Origin: Waddliaceae bacterium
Lineage (GTDB): Bacteria; Chlamydiota; Chlamydiia; Chlamydiales; SLFE01
Assembly: GCA_963771045.1 (NCBI GenBank)
Contig: CAVYRW010000004.1
Location: 64,001-128,000, forward strand
Reading direction: 5' to 3'
DNA length: 64,000 nucleotides
Below are positions 1 to 9,286 of the stretch, one piece after another. The notes under the pieces were generated by a model. That model saw only the letters and a program-made list of their open reading frames with translations. It had not been told where the DNA came from and ran no database searches. Made by a program: the position numbers and the translations under genes. Each line of letters starts with the position of its first letter. Positions within the stretch are counted from its first letter, which is position 1.

Positions 1-113
1 TCAGTGACTCCGAGATGCTTGCCAAAGTGTCCATGGGCCTTTCCGAGGCGATGAAAGGAACCATCATCGGCAATCTGAAAAAAGAAGAGCTTCTTGCCAA
101 CCGAGGGTGGTAG
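1..113 (+). CDS. pdxS: Pyridoxal 5'-phosphate synthase lyase subunit, 3' end (partial)
   Basis: Manual translation ...MLAKVSMGLSEAMKG...LLANRGW* matches the typical PdxS C-terminus; directly upstream of pdxT. Confidence 0.85.
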   Translation, partial: SDSEMLAKVSMGLSEAMKGTIIGNLKKEELLANRGW

Positions 114-115
114 CG

Positions 116-658
116 ATGGCAATCGGTGTTCTCGCTCTTCAGGGAGGGTTTTCTAGGCATATGGACATGCTCCGGATTTTGGGAGCTTGTCCAAGAGAAG
201 TCCGCAATCCCTCCGATCTCATCTCATGCGACGGCCTGATTATTCCTGGCGGCGAGTCGACAGCGATCAAAAAACAGATCATGTTTTCCGGGATGGAAGC
301 GCCTCTCAAGGAGTTTTGCTTGCAAAAACCTGTATTTGGCACTTGCGCCGGCCTCATTCTTCTATCTCATTACGGATTTTTGAACCTTCAACTTGAGAGA
401 AATGCCTACGGCAGGCAGTTCGAGTCTTTCAGCCAAACCTTGGAGGTGAAGTTTCCCGCTAAGAGGAAAAAATCTTTCAAAGGGATTTTTATCCGGGCTC
501 CCAGAATCATTTCCCACAGTCCGGAGCTTCAAGTTTACTCTTCATATGACAACAGTCCCGTTCTGGTTCAACAGGGGCATATTCTCGGCGCCTCATTTCA
601 TCCCGAGCTTTCAGAAGATCCCTCAATCCATGAATACTTTGTAAACAATGTGAGTTGA
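116..658 (+). CDS. pdxT: PLP synthase glutaminase subunit
   Basis: IGVLALQG, IPGGEST, FGTCAGLI, RNAYGRQ, FIRAP and FHPE motifs; ATG at 116. Confidence 0.95.
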   Translation: MAIGVLALQGGFSRHMDMLRILGACPREVRNPSDLISCDGLIIPGGESTAIKKQIMFSGMEAPLKEFCLQKPVFGTCAGLILLSHYGFLNLQLERNAYGRQFESFSQTLEVKFPAKRKKSFKGIFIRAPRIISHSPELQVYSSYDNSPVLVQQGHILGASFHPELSEDPSIHEYFVNNVS

Positions 659-705
659 AAACCTTGTGCCCTTCCTGGGGGGCTAAGAGCCGCTCCTATT
701 CGATG

Positions 706-742
706 ACAGACAATTTGGAAATTCAATTCCCAAATTGTCTGT
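706..742. terminator. Hairpin between convergent genes (probable bidirectional terminator)
   Basis: ACAGACAATTTGG...CCAAATTGTCTGT 13-bp inverted repeat. Confidence 0.6.
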
Positions 743-755
743 AATTCAGTTCAGA

Positions 756-2546
756 TTAGCTTGAAGAAGATCCGGAAAACAGCGATGCCAAATTATCCGA
801 AGAAGGTTTGGCATTTTCCCCTCCGCTTGTGTCGCTGGCGGCCCTTGCAGCCAATGATCTTGGAATATTGAATGTGAAAGTCAGTTCCATTCCGTTTGGA
901 GTTTCATGTCTTGCGACTTTAAGAGGAGGATAGGTTGAGTCCGGCTTTGTTAAATCTATTGCCCGCGGACGTTTTTTGCCTTTAGAGGATATAGGTGGCG
1001 GAGCGATTGCAGGTTTCGGTGATTGATTGGAAGTGGGTGAAAAATAACTCAAAATGGTTTCATTGTGTTGGGAGGGTTTTTGCACAGCCGGAGCTTTTTT
1101 CTTGCCGGCTATGACAGCGGGCGGCAGCGAAGGCGCAGCCTCTTTTTCAAGAGCGGGAACAAGCGGCGGTATATCATCTTTGGTCACCACCATGTAATTC
1201 TCGGGTTTGAATGTTCCACCCCGTTCCCGCACCAGCTGGCCTGTACTCAAAATGGGATGTCCGGAAAGGAGAGCTTTGCTTAGCTTCTTCTTATCGACTC
1301 CATCGACAAAACGTTTCCAAACTTCGTAGTTCACCCTTACGTCTCCGAGAGCTCTGTGGGCATGATCTTCAGCGATTCCCATCCTTCCACGGATTTCCTG
1401 AAGTTTGTGGAACCCTTTGTATTGCGGTTTACAACCTGCATAGATATGTCTTGAGAACGCGAGGGTGTCCACGCTTGTCCACCACTTGGGACTCATTCCG
1501 AACCTTTCGCATTCAGCTTTATAAAGGCGCAGGTCATAGCCCCAAATATTATGTCCTGCCAGGACAGCCACTTTTTTCACTGTAGAACCGATTTGATGGT
1601 CCATCCACTTTTCAAAACTAGTCCAGACTGTTTTAAAATTTAATTCTCCCCCGGTTTTTTGTTTAAATTCCTTAGCGGCCTCGCGGATCATCTGTTCTGT
1701 AATTCCCGTTAGTCTGACGACGATTTCCGGTATTTGGATGCCATCATCAAGCCCGGGATCGATCAGGGTGTTAAAGGTCGCCCCGGTTGAAGGAATAAAT
1801 GCGGCCAGTTCGATGGCTCTGGGAAGGGGACCGGGATTCCTTTTAGTCGGGAATAAGCCGGTGGCTTCAAAATCAAAGAAAACAAGCTCTGCCTCTCCAC
1901 TGCCTTTGATAATCGCTGCGGCTGCTCTCACCGGATGTTCACGGGGAGGGAGAACCATGGCATCTGCCAGTTTTTCTCGATCAGCGCCTTCGGTCATTTT
2001 GTTGAATACGCCAATGAGCATCTTAACGTCATTGCAGGCATCGTGTTGGGGAAGGTGCTTTACCTTATACTTTTGGCAAAGGGCGGCAAGGCTTTTCTGC
2101 CCTTTCGGTATTCCAAGAGCCCCCGCAAGATAGAGCGTGCAGAATGGTTTCCAGTATTTTGGAATGGCTTCCTTAATCCTCGCGCATTCATTAGCAAGAA
2201 TGGGCCAGTCATGCTTATATATGTTATGTCCGACAATAACTGCGAACCGGTTGCCGTCAAGGCCCTGATTGACAAACTCTTTTAGCCGAGGCCAGACTTT
2301 TTTCCACTTGCGTTTCTTCACTTCTTTTTGTCCCGGCTGAAAACTGGCTTCATCTTCTTTATGCCTGAGCTGCTTTGGGAGTTTGACATGGGCTTCAAAG
2401 AATCTTTCTCCCTCTTTTCTGGAAGGATCACAGACGCAGATTTGTTTAATAAAACACTGGGGCTCTCCCCGATCTACCGGGACGTGGCTGACTTCCAAGT
2501 CGGTAAAATAGATCTGAGGTGTGAAGCTGGTATTTATTGGCTGCAT
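756..2546 (-). CDS. Protein with two tandem DEDDh (DnaQ-like) 3'-5' exonuclease domains and a low-complexity basic C-tail
   Basis: Domain 1: FTDLE / GHNIYKHD / HDACND. Domain 2: FFDFEATG / GHNIWGYD / HRALGD. P/S/K-rich tail. Confidence 0.85.
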   Translation of the reverse strand: MQPINTSFTPQIYFTDLEVSHVPVDRGEPQCFIKQICVCDPSRKEGERFFEAHVKLPKQLRHKEDEASFQPGQKEVKKRKWKKVWPRLKEFVNQGLDGNRFAVIVGHNIYKHDWPILANECARIKEAIPKYWKPFCTLYLAGALGIPKGQKSLAALCQKYKVKHLPQHDACNDVKMLIGVFNKMTEGADREKLADAMVLPPREHPVRAAAAIIKGSGEAELVFFDFEATGLFPTKRNPGPLPRAIELAAFIPSTGATFNTLIDPGLDDGIQIPEIVVRLTGITEQMIREAAKEFKQKTGGELNFKTVWTSFEKWMDHQIGSTVKKVAVLAGHNIWGYDLRLYKAECERFGMSPKWWTSVDTLAFSRHIYAGCKPQYKGFHKLQEIRGRMGIAEDHAHRALGDVRVNYEVWKRFVDGVDKKKLSKALLSGHPILSTGQLVRERGGTFKPENYMVVTKDDIPPLVPALEKEAAPSLPPAVIAGKKKAPAVQKPSQHNETILSYFSPTSNQSPKPAIAPPPISSKGKKRPRAIDLTKPDSTYPPLKVARHETPNGMELTFTFNIPRSLAARAASDTSGGENAKPSSDNLASLFSGSSSS

Positions 2547-2629
2547 GAGAGTCCTCCTGTGAAGAGATATTGTGAATCTATAAAGACCGGAACATATTTC
2601 AAAAATTAATTTGATGTAAACAAATATTT

Positions 2630-4602
2630 TTAATTCTTTCTCACGCTCATGCCAAACTGCTCCTTATCGCGAAGGTATGTGAGTTCCAGTTTCCCCGTGA
2701 TGCGCTGCTTGCTTTGCAGCATCGCGTCTTTAATCAAATTGATGACGGTTTCATCGATCATATTGCAAAAGTCGCGCATGCCAAGACCGAGGTCGATTTC
2801 AGTCTCGGCAAAGAAATCCACCAGATCAGCAGTCCAGGTGAACTCGATATTCTGCAGCCTGTTTTTAATGCTGCGAAGCTTGACCCTGGCCACCTCGGGC
2901 TTGATGTCTTTATTGAGAGGCTGGAAGGGAACGATTCCTCTTTTAAAACGGCCCACAAGCTCTGGAGAGAACTCTTTTTTAAGAAGAGGAACCATCATTT
3001 CAGCCACAGCCTCCGGGTTCATCCCGCCGAGGCTTGCGGCTTCGGAGAGTATTTGCGACCCCACATTGGACGTCATGATAAAAAGCGCCAGGGAACAGTC
3101 GACACGGTCGCCTTTTCTGTCGATCAGAGGCGCTCCGTCAAAAACCTGCAGGAAAAGCTTTTGAACATTGGGATGGGCTTTTTCAAATTCATCCAACAAA
3201 ACCACCTGGTGCGGATTTTTCTTTAGCGGTTCGGTTAGAAGACCTCCCGATTCGTTCCCTCATAACCTTTGGGCGAGCCGATAAGGTTTGAGACGGTGTG
3301 ATCCTCAATATATTCCGAGCCGTTAATCGTTATCAGTTTGGACTCGTCGTTGAATAAGAATTTCGCAAGACTCTTGGCCAGTTCCGTCTTGCCCACGCCT
3401 GTAGGTCCGACAAAAAGAAAGATTCCCCATGGTTTCTTGGTATCGACCAGGCCCATTTTATACGCCGCGACTCTGTCGCTGACTATATCGATCGCGTGAT
3501 CCTGCCCCACGACGCGGCTTTTGAGCTTTTCTTTAAATCTTGCCTGGCTAAAGACAGAATCCTCCAAGAGATCCAGGGCGGGAACTTTCGTTTTAGAGGA
3601 GACTACTTCCACAATGTTGTCGCAAGTGATGGTAATGTCGTCTATCTCCATTCCCGAGACCATTTTCTGAAGCAGTACGTTATTGGCGCACTCTTGGATT
3701 AGGTTGATCGCTTTTACCGGAAAAGGACGGCAGTGTTCATATTTGGCCGCAAGCCTGACGCCGAGTCTGACCGCTTCTTCGGTAAAGGAAATACTCTGAT
3801 GAAGCCGGTTCTTTCTCAAATAATTGATGGCGATTTTGTGAACATCGTCGATGGGAGGCTCTTTCACAACAAAGGGGACAAAATTATAACGGGCAAGAAT
3901 CTTCTGTGCTTTCACGGCTGTTTCGTTTTTCGGGTCTGAGGAAATGGAGGCAATAAAAGGGTAGGGCTTTTTTACAAAGGATTGGAGGTATTCGGTGACT
4001 TTATCCAGATGCAATATCTTTTCGATGTGCCGGAGATAAAAAATGGGAACCCTGCGCGACTGAATGACGGCCCCTTCGAAAATTTCCCGAAGTTTGTCTC
4101 CCACGATTTCCGTAATTTCATCGGCGACGCTGTCGGCGAGCAGTTCTATGCAGTCAAGGCAATAAATTTCGCTGTTTCCCAAATCATGATTTTTTAGCGT
4201 GGTCTTGAGAATTGTCGCCGCTTTTTGAACTATGGATAAAATTCCAATCCCCGCAGGACCGACAAGAAGCGGACGGATTCCTCCTTGCGGCTGCAGGATC
4301 ATTGAAAGTATGCGTGTGGTTTCTTCTTCGCGTCCTGTGATGTCCTTGCCGGGAGAGAGTTTCCAGAAAATTTTGCTCTGCAAAAAAAGCTCGGATAATC
4401 GGGCTCGTTTTCTTGCAGCAGGAGGTTTTTTTTCGGTTCTTTTCCGTTTAAGCCTTCCGGACCTTCTCGGCACTGCTTCCCATTCCCCATCCGAGCAGCA
4501 AGTATCATCGGGAACAATAAAATCTTTTAGATTGCCATATTCATCCAGATCCCTGTCGGAATCCGAATAAGTTGGCGATTCACTTCCCATGCGCACATCC
4601 AT
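2630..4602 (-). CDS. ClpA/ClpB-like AAA+ ATPase with degenerate NBD1 and intact NBD2 (frameshift near 3255)
   Basis: NBD2 motifs GQDHAI, GPTGVGKTELAK, LIGSPKGY, VLLDEFEKAH, FSPEL; NBD1 Walker A reads GPAGIGIL; ATG at 4602 with GGAG SD; ORFs 3235-4884 and 2630-3205 join by a 1-nt shift. Confidence 0.8.
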
Positions 4603-4695
4603 ATCTGCTCTCCTGTTTTTAAAAATTAACTTTACATGAATTGAGCAAAATTCATACGGTATAAAAAGTAAACTTATTTTTTTACCGGAGGGTTT

Positions 4696-7600
4696 ATGAC
4701 TCAGCAAATCAGAGATTGTTACCAGTCGGATGTGAACGCAGTCAAGGCGCTGACAAAGACAAAAAAGCGAAAGCGTGAAGAAGAAAAACGAGTCGAAAAT
4801 CAGGCGCTGAGCAGGCTGCTTGGAGAACCCCCGCGGAAACGTCCCGCAATACTTCGTCGTCTCAATCCTGTTATCGAAATGCAAAGAGAAGACACATTTT
4901 CTTTAGGGCTGCAAGCGTCCATGAAATTTCAAAAACAGCTTTGTGAAGAGAATGGCTACTGCGTAGTCCATGCGGAGGAAAAAGAGGAAGACGTTTGCGG
5001 CGTGAGGCTAAAACGGCATCAATACCGCGAAATTGAAGACATTTGTCAAAAAAAGGATCCAAAAATCGGGTCTCAGCTTTTCGAAATCTATCAAATATTG
5101 GAAAGCCGGGGAGCGGCAAAAAAAAACGAAGGGCAGGCAATCTTAGAGTTTGCGAGGGAAATTATCAGAGAGGTTCCCGATCTTGAAGCCGAAGACATGG
5201 AAATCGATGAAAGCGAGGAGACTTTAGGCAAATATCGGGAAGCGGTGGAAAAATATTTGGATGTCCTTCCGATTGATCCTACAGAAGAGAATATCGATGA
5301 GTTTGCGATCGCAATGCAAAAAGCCGTCCTGCATGCAGCGAATGAAGACATGGAAATTTCCGACGATGATGAAGTTAATCCAATAGATCTGGCGCAGCAA
5401 AGGCTCGGGTACCTCCTTCTTGCTGCGCAGAATGATTTGTCTCTTTGCGCTCGGTCCCTCTATTCGCTTGACGGCTTATCGAGCCGCGTCGCCGAGATTC
5501 TTGAGGAGGCAGCCGCAAGGGTTGAGGATCACTCAGCCAGGCATAAAAGCGTTGCCATTCAGAGCAGCGATGAGGCGATGTTTCACAAAATGTCGTTGGA
5601 GTTGGCTGGTGTCCTTCTTCTTGATACAGGAAGCCTTAACTTCGGCGTACTCGAAGCGGCGGTCGAGATTCTGATTCCCGATTCGCTTAAAGAGACCGCC
5701 GCGATGGACAACCTTTGGATTGTCATGATTGAATTTGCGCAGAATCCGCTGCTCTGGCAGCAAATCGCAGAGGTCAGGCCACCTAAATCGAAAGATGTCC
5801 CTTCCGATGCAGCAATACGAACCTGCTTTAGTCTTGAAAATGATCAACCGATCACAAGACGGCACGCGCAGCTGTTTGTTCTTTCCGCTTTGCTCGGACA
5901 TCTGCGTCAGGCGAAGGCGGGCACCTGTTTTGCGACCGCCTGCCTGATTAAGACCCGTTTGTATCACCCTCATATGGTGATCGATGATCTGGCGCAGTTG
6001 ACAGAGAAGGGGTATATCAAACGAATGTTGTTTAAGGAAAGCCGCACATTTCCTTTTCAGGCAAGAGTGAGCAAGGAATATCTTGACCTCGAGCTTAAAA
6101 TCGACCGGGCGGGAAGAATTCTTTCCACCAAACGTTATGACCTGATACCCGACCGGGCTTCGGAGTGGCCGAGGCCGCAAAGAGGAATGCATCTCTATGA
6201 TTCTCCCGGCATCATTGCTGCGTGCAGGTCTATGGGATTAACTGATGCGAGGGAGGCGGTAAAATCTATTTTGGACAATCTGCCAGAGAAGTTTTCTGTC
6301 AATGACCTTTTGAAATTGTTAGCCCAGCATGCCTATAACAGGCAGGAGTCCGCTCCTTACCTCCTCCGTTCTCAAAAACAACTCACAGCCACGCAGTTTT
6401 TGCATAAGGCGCAGTTTGCTTTCGGCTGCCAAACAAATCACCCTCTGCACAGAGCCTTTGAGCAGGTCGCCACGACTATGGTCAATTATTTCGGCGCGCA
6501 ATATATGATGCCTGCCTGGGTATTTTGGACAATGAAGGAGGTTTTGGAAAAAGCCGACAGAGGATATTCCCGGGCTTTTCAAATGAAGTATAAAAAACTG
6601 ATGGAAGAAACGTTTTTGCCCATGATCACACGCATGCGTTATCTCTACAATCATAATTTGGATAAAGGTAAGGTATTGTTTGGCAACGGCAATTATGGTA
6701 TCAGAGAAAGCTATTTCTTTGGATATCAGCTGTGCGACTCAGGTCTTCCGAAGGATTTTAAATATTCAACAGATCTTTATAACCAATATAGTCACGAATG
6801 CAGCAGTATTTCACTGGAGCGTTTCAAAAAATTTACTCCTCCGACTCAATGGAAATTGGTAGACAGCGAGGATGAATTCAGAGGTTTTTTGAAAAACGTC
6901 ATTGCCGAAACCGTAGACTATCTTAAGAAAATCTCGCCGACTGCCAGCGAACGGCGCCAATGGGCTGCAGTCGGCTGTAAAATGCAACAAGATATTTCAG
7001 AACCTTCCTTTACAAAGAGAATTATTTTCCTACTACTTGGCAGGGGAAGCGATCAGAAAAAAGAGTATGACAAAAACCGATTTGGGATTCAATTTACTCC
7101 ATGGCAGTTTAGAATTGGCGGCGATTTTAATGAAGTTCTCAAGACGTACTTTGGGTTCGGGAAGAGTCCTGCCAAACTAAAAAAATACAACGGCACTCCT
7201 AAAGAAGTGCTGACAAAATGCATCAATTACATTAAAAGCCAGCCTTTGCAAATCAAGGAGACTTTTGACGATTCCCGCAGTCAAATTATTGTTGCGTCTC
7301 CGTGTCATGTTTTTCTTATGCGTCCTTTTGAGCCCACTTTTAAAGACGCATGGGAAAGCAAAGTTTCAACCAATGACTATATCTTAGAACATGTTGAAAA
7401 GCCGGGCCTTTCCATCGCGGGCTCCCGATTCAACCTTCGGCAAAGAAAAGAGATCCTTTCATTTGTCAAAAACAATATGTGGGCGACCAGGTATGAAGAA
7501 AAAGATGACTGGGTCCGGCAGCAATTGACAAAAACTTCGAAGGAGATGTTAGACCGCAAAATTGCGGCGTGTCCTCAGCTTATTGATTTAAGTGTCGAAG

Positions 7601-8301
7601 AATTTCGAAAAATGCTTGAAGAGATGGTTTTTTTGAGCCGGGCAGAAGATGTAAAAATTGGAGAAAGGAACAGAGTATGGGAGCAGCGTTTCAAAACAGT
7701 GCTGAATAATCGCATCAAACAGTTGATCCCTAATCAAACTGATTGGAGGAGGAAAATTCAAAGAGATATTGCCATGAAGCTGATTGACTTTGCCAGAAAC
7801 CGGCAAGACACGATCGTCCTTGTTCCGGACGCGGCAAGACGGTTTTTGGCTTACATGGAACGGGTCCCCCTCGGCATCAGTATCACTGACTTTCGCAAAA
7901 CGGTTGCAGACGCTGCCTACCGGGCACGTTGCGAGATCCTTTGCGGCCTTGACCCGGAGTGGAAGGGTAAGTTTTGCGAATATCTCGACACAAAATTGTT
8001 TTCAGTTTTATCCGAAGAGTCGAGAAATCGGCTTATTGAGAGCGGAATCGTCACACACGATACGAATTGGAAGGAAGAAATTCACAACATTCACTTCATT
8101 TTTCTGGTGAATCCGGGAACGGCGCAAATCGAGCTTGCCAGATTCAATCCGGATACGAAGGAAGTGACGTTTATGAGTCAGGACGACTGGTTTCCTCGAA
8201 AGTCAGGCGGCCATGGCTACTGGCTTTTTCCCGATAATTACCGTGTATGGCCCGGGCAGCCGCTATTCAATGTCAGAAAACATATCGAAGCGTTTATGTA
8301 G
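4696..8301 (+). CDS. Large hypothetical protein (1201 aa), possible papain-like cysteine protease fold
   Basis: Long ORF with GGAGG SD; LRQAKAGTCFATA, SPCHVF and HDTNW could form a Cys-His-Asp/Asn triad; basic then acidic N-terminus. Confidence 0.6.
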   Translation: MTQQIRDCYQSDVNAVKALTKTKKRKREEEKRVENQALSRLLGEPPRKRPAILRRLNPVIEMQREDTFSLGLQASMKFQKQLCEENGYCVVHAEEKEEDVCGVRLKRHQYREIEDICQKKDPKIGSQLFEIYQILESRGAAKKNEGQAILEFAREIIREVPDLEAEDMEIDESEETLGKYREAVEKYLDVLPIDPTEENIDEFAIAMQKAVLHAANEDMEISDDDEVNPIDLAQQRLGYLLLAAQNDLSLCARSLYSLDGLSSRVAEILEEAAARVEDHSARHKSVAIQSSDEAMFHKMSLELAGVLLLDTGSLNFGVLEAAVEILIPDSLKETAAMDNLWIVMIEFAQNPLLWQQIAEVRPPKSKDVPSDAAIRTCFSLENDQPITRRHAQLFVLSALLGHLRQAKAGTCFATACLIKTRLYHPHMVIDDLAQLTEKGYIKRMLFKESRTFPFQARVSKEYLDLELKIDRAGRILSTKRYDLIPDRASEWPRPQRGMHLYDSPGIIAACRSMGLTDAREAVKSILDNLPEKFSVNDLLKLLAQHAYNRQESAPYLLRSQKQLTATQFLHKAQFAFGCQTNHPLHRAFEQVATTMVNYFGAQYMMPAWVFWTMKEVLEKADRGYSRAFQMKYKKLMEETFLPMITRMRYLYNHNLDKGKVLFGNGNYGIRESYFFGYQLCDSGLPKDFKYSTDLYNQYSHECSSISLERFKKFTPPTQWKLVDSEDEFRGFLKNVIAETVDYLKKISPTASERRQWAAVGCKMQQDISEPSFTKRIIFLLLGRGSDQKKEYDKNRFGIQFTPWQFRIGGDFNEVLKTYFGFGKSPAKLKKYNGTPKEVLTKCINYIKSQPLQIKETFDDSRSQIIVASPCHVFLMRPFEPTFKDAWESKVSTNDYILEHVEKPGLSIAGSRFNLRQRKEILSFVKNNMWATRYEEKDDWVRQQLTKTSKEMLDRKIAACPQLIDLSVEEFRKMLEEMVFLSRAEDVKIGERNRVWEQRFKTVLNNRIKQLIPNQTDWRRKIQRDIAMKLIDFARNRQDTIVLVPDAARRFLAYMERVPLGISITDFRKTVADAAYRARCEILCGLDPEWKGKFCEYLDTKLFSVLSEESRNRLIESGIVTHDTNWKEEIHNIHFIFLVNPGTAQIELARFNPDTKEVTFMSQDDWFPRKSGGHGYWLFPDNYRVWPGQPLFNVRKHIEAFM

Positions 8302-8328
8302 GATACAATCCTGGGTTAAAACATTGAT

Positions 8329-9120
8329 CTAGAAAATCAGCATCCGTATGCCGACCACGAAAAGGAAGGTCGCAAAGATTTTTTTAAGGGCTTGAATCGG
8401 CAAAAGGTGGGCCATTTGTGCCGCTCCCCAGGAAAAAAATGGGCTTGAGAGGTTGATGCCCAGCACTGCCGGCCAGTAAATATAGCCGCTTGACCATTCG
8501 GGATCGCCGTCAAGGTAAGTCCCTGTAAAATAATAGGTTAAGGTTCCAGCTAACGAGACAATGAACGAAAGGGCAGCGCAAATTCCCACTGCCTGGTAGA
8601 TCGACAGCTTTCGATAGGAGATCAGAAACGGCACGCCCATAGAGCCGGCCCCGATGCCCAAAAGAGATGAAAGCGTACCGATTATGAGAGAAAATGCCCG
8701 TGTTATCTGATCGCTTGGTCTTTCCGCTCGGGATTTCCACTCGACGTTAAAAAATATTTGTAAAGAGATCAAGAGGGCGAAAATGCCCACGGAAATGCTC
8801 AGAACCTTCGATTGAAAAAATCCCGCGACAATGCCCCCTAAAATTGAGCCGACGACAATCCCCCCTGCCATCAGCTTGAGGACGGAGGTAACGACAACCC
8901 CGTTGCGGTAGTGGGCCCAAGTGGAAAAAAAGGTTGTCGTCACCATCGAGGCTAGCGAGGAGCCGATGGCAAAATGCATGAGGCTGCCGGAGGGAAATCC
9001 TATATAATAGAAGGTTGTGGAGAGAAGAGGGACGACGACGAGCCCCCCGCCAACTCCTAAAAGGCCAGCAAAAATGCCCGCCAGAGCCCCGATGCCGAGA
9101 TAAACCAGTAGTAAAATCAT
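8329..9120 (-). CDS. TauE/SafE (TSUP) family membrane transporter
   Basis: AGLLGVGGGLVVVP and SSLLGIGAGSMGVPFL repeats, about 8 TM segments. Confidence 0.9.
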   Translation of the reverse strand: MILLLVYLGIGALAGIFAGLLGVGGGLVVVPLLSTTFYYIGFPSGSLMHFAIGSSLASMVTTTFFSTWAHYRNGVVVTSVLKLMAGGIVVGSILGGIVAGFFQSKVLSISVGIFALLISLQIFFNVEWKSRAERPSDQITRAFSLIIGTLSSLLGIGAGSMGVPFLISYRKLSIYQAVGICAALSFIVSLAGTLTYYFTGTYLDGDPEWSSGYIYWPAVLGINLSSPFFSWGAAQMAHLLPIQALKKIFATFLFVVGIRMLIF

Positions 9121-9128
9121 CTTTTACA

Positions 9129-9157
9129 TTGAAAAATAGTGTTATAACTGTTAATAT
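9129..9157 (+). promoter_or_regulatory. Sigma70/sigma66-type promoter upstream of the brnQ leader
   Basis: TTGAAA-N17-TAATAT. Confidence 0.55.
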
Positions 9158-9202
9158 GAGGTTTATACGAATTAGTTGAACAATTCAAGGTGTGATTTAA
9201 CT

Positions 9203-9244
9203 ATGCCAACCCTTTTTACCAATCGATGTTGTTGTTGCCTCTAG
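9203..9244 (+). CDS. Putative attenuator leader peptide MPTLFTNRCCCCL
   Basis: ATG at 9203 preceded by AAGGTG; codons TGT TGT TGT TGC; TAG at 9242-9244; overlaps a hairpin that covers the brnQ SD. Confidence 0.55.
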   Translation: MPTLFTNRCCCCL

Positions 9245-9286
9245 TGGCAGGCTCATTTAAAACAACGACAAAAGAGGTTAAATCAC

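Noticed and set aside
4603..4884. N-terminal 94 aa of the 549-aa ORF
   Set aside because: Overlaps the divergent 1201-aa gene; a better start with an SD lies at 4602
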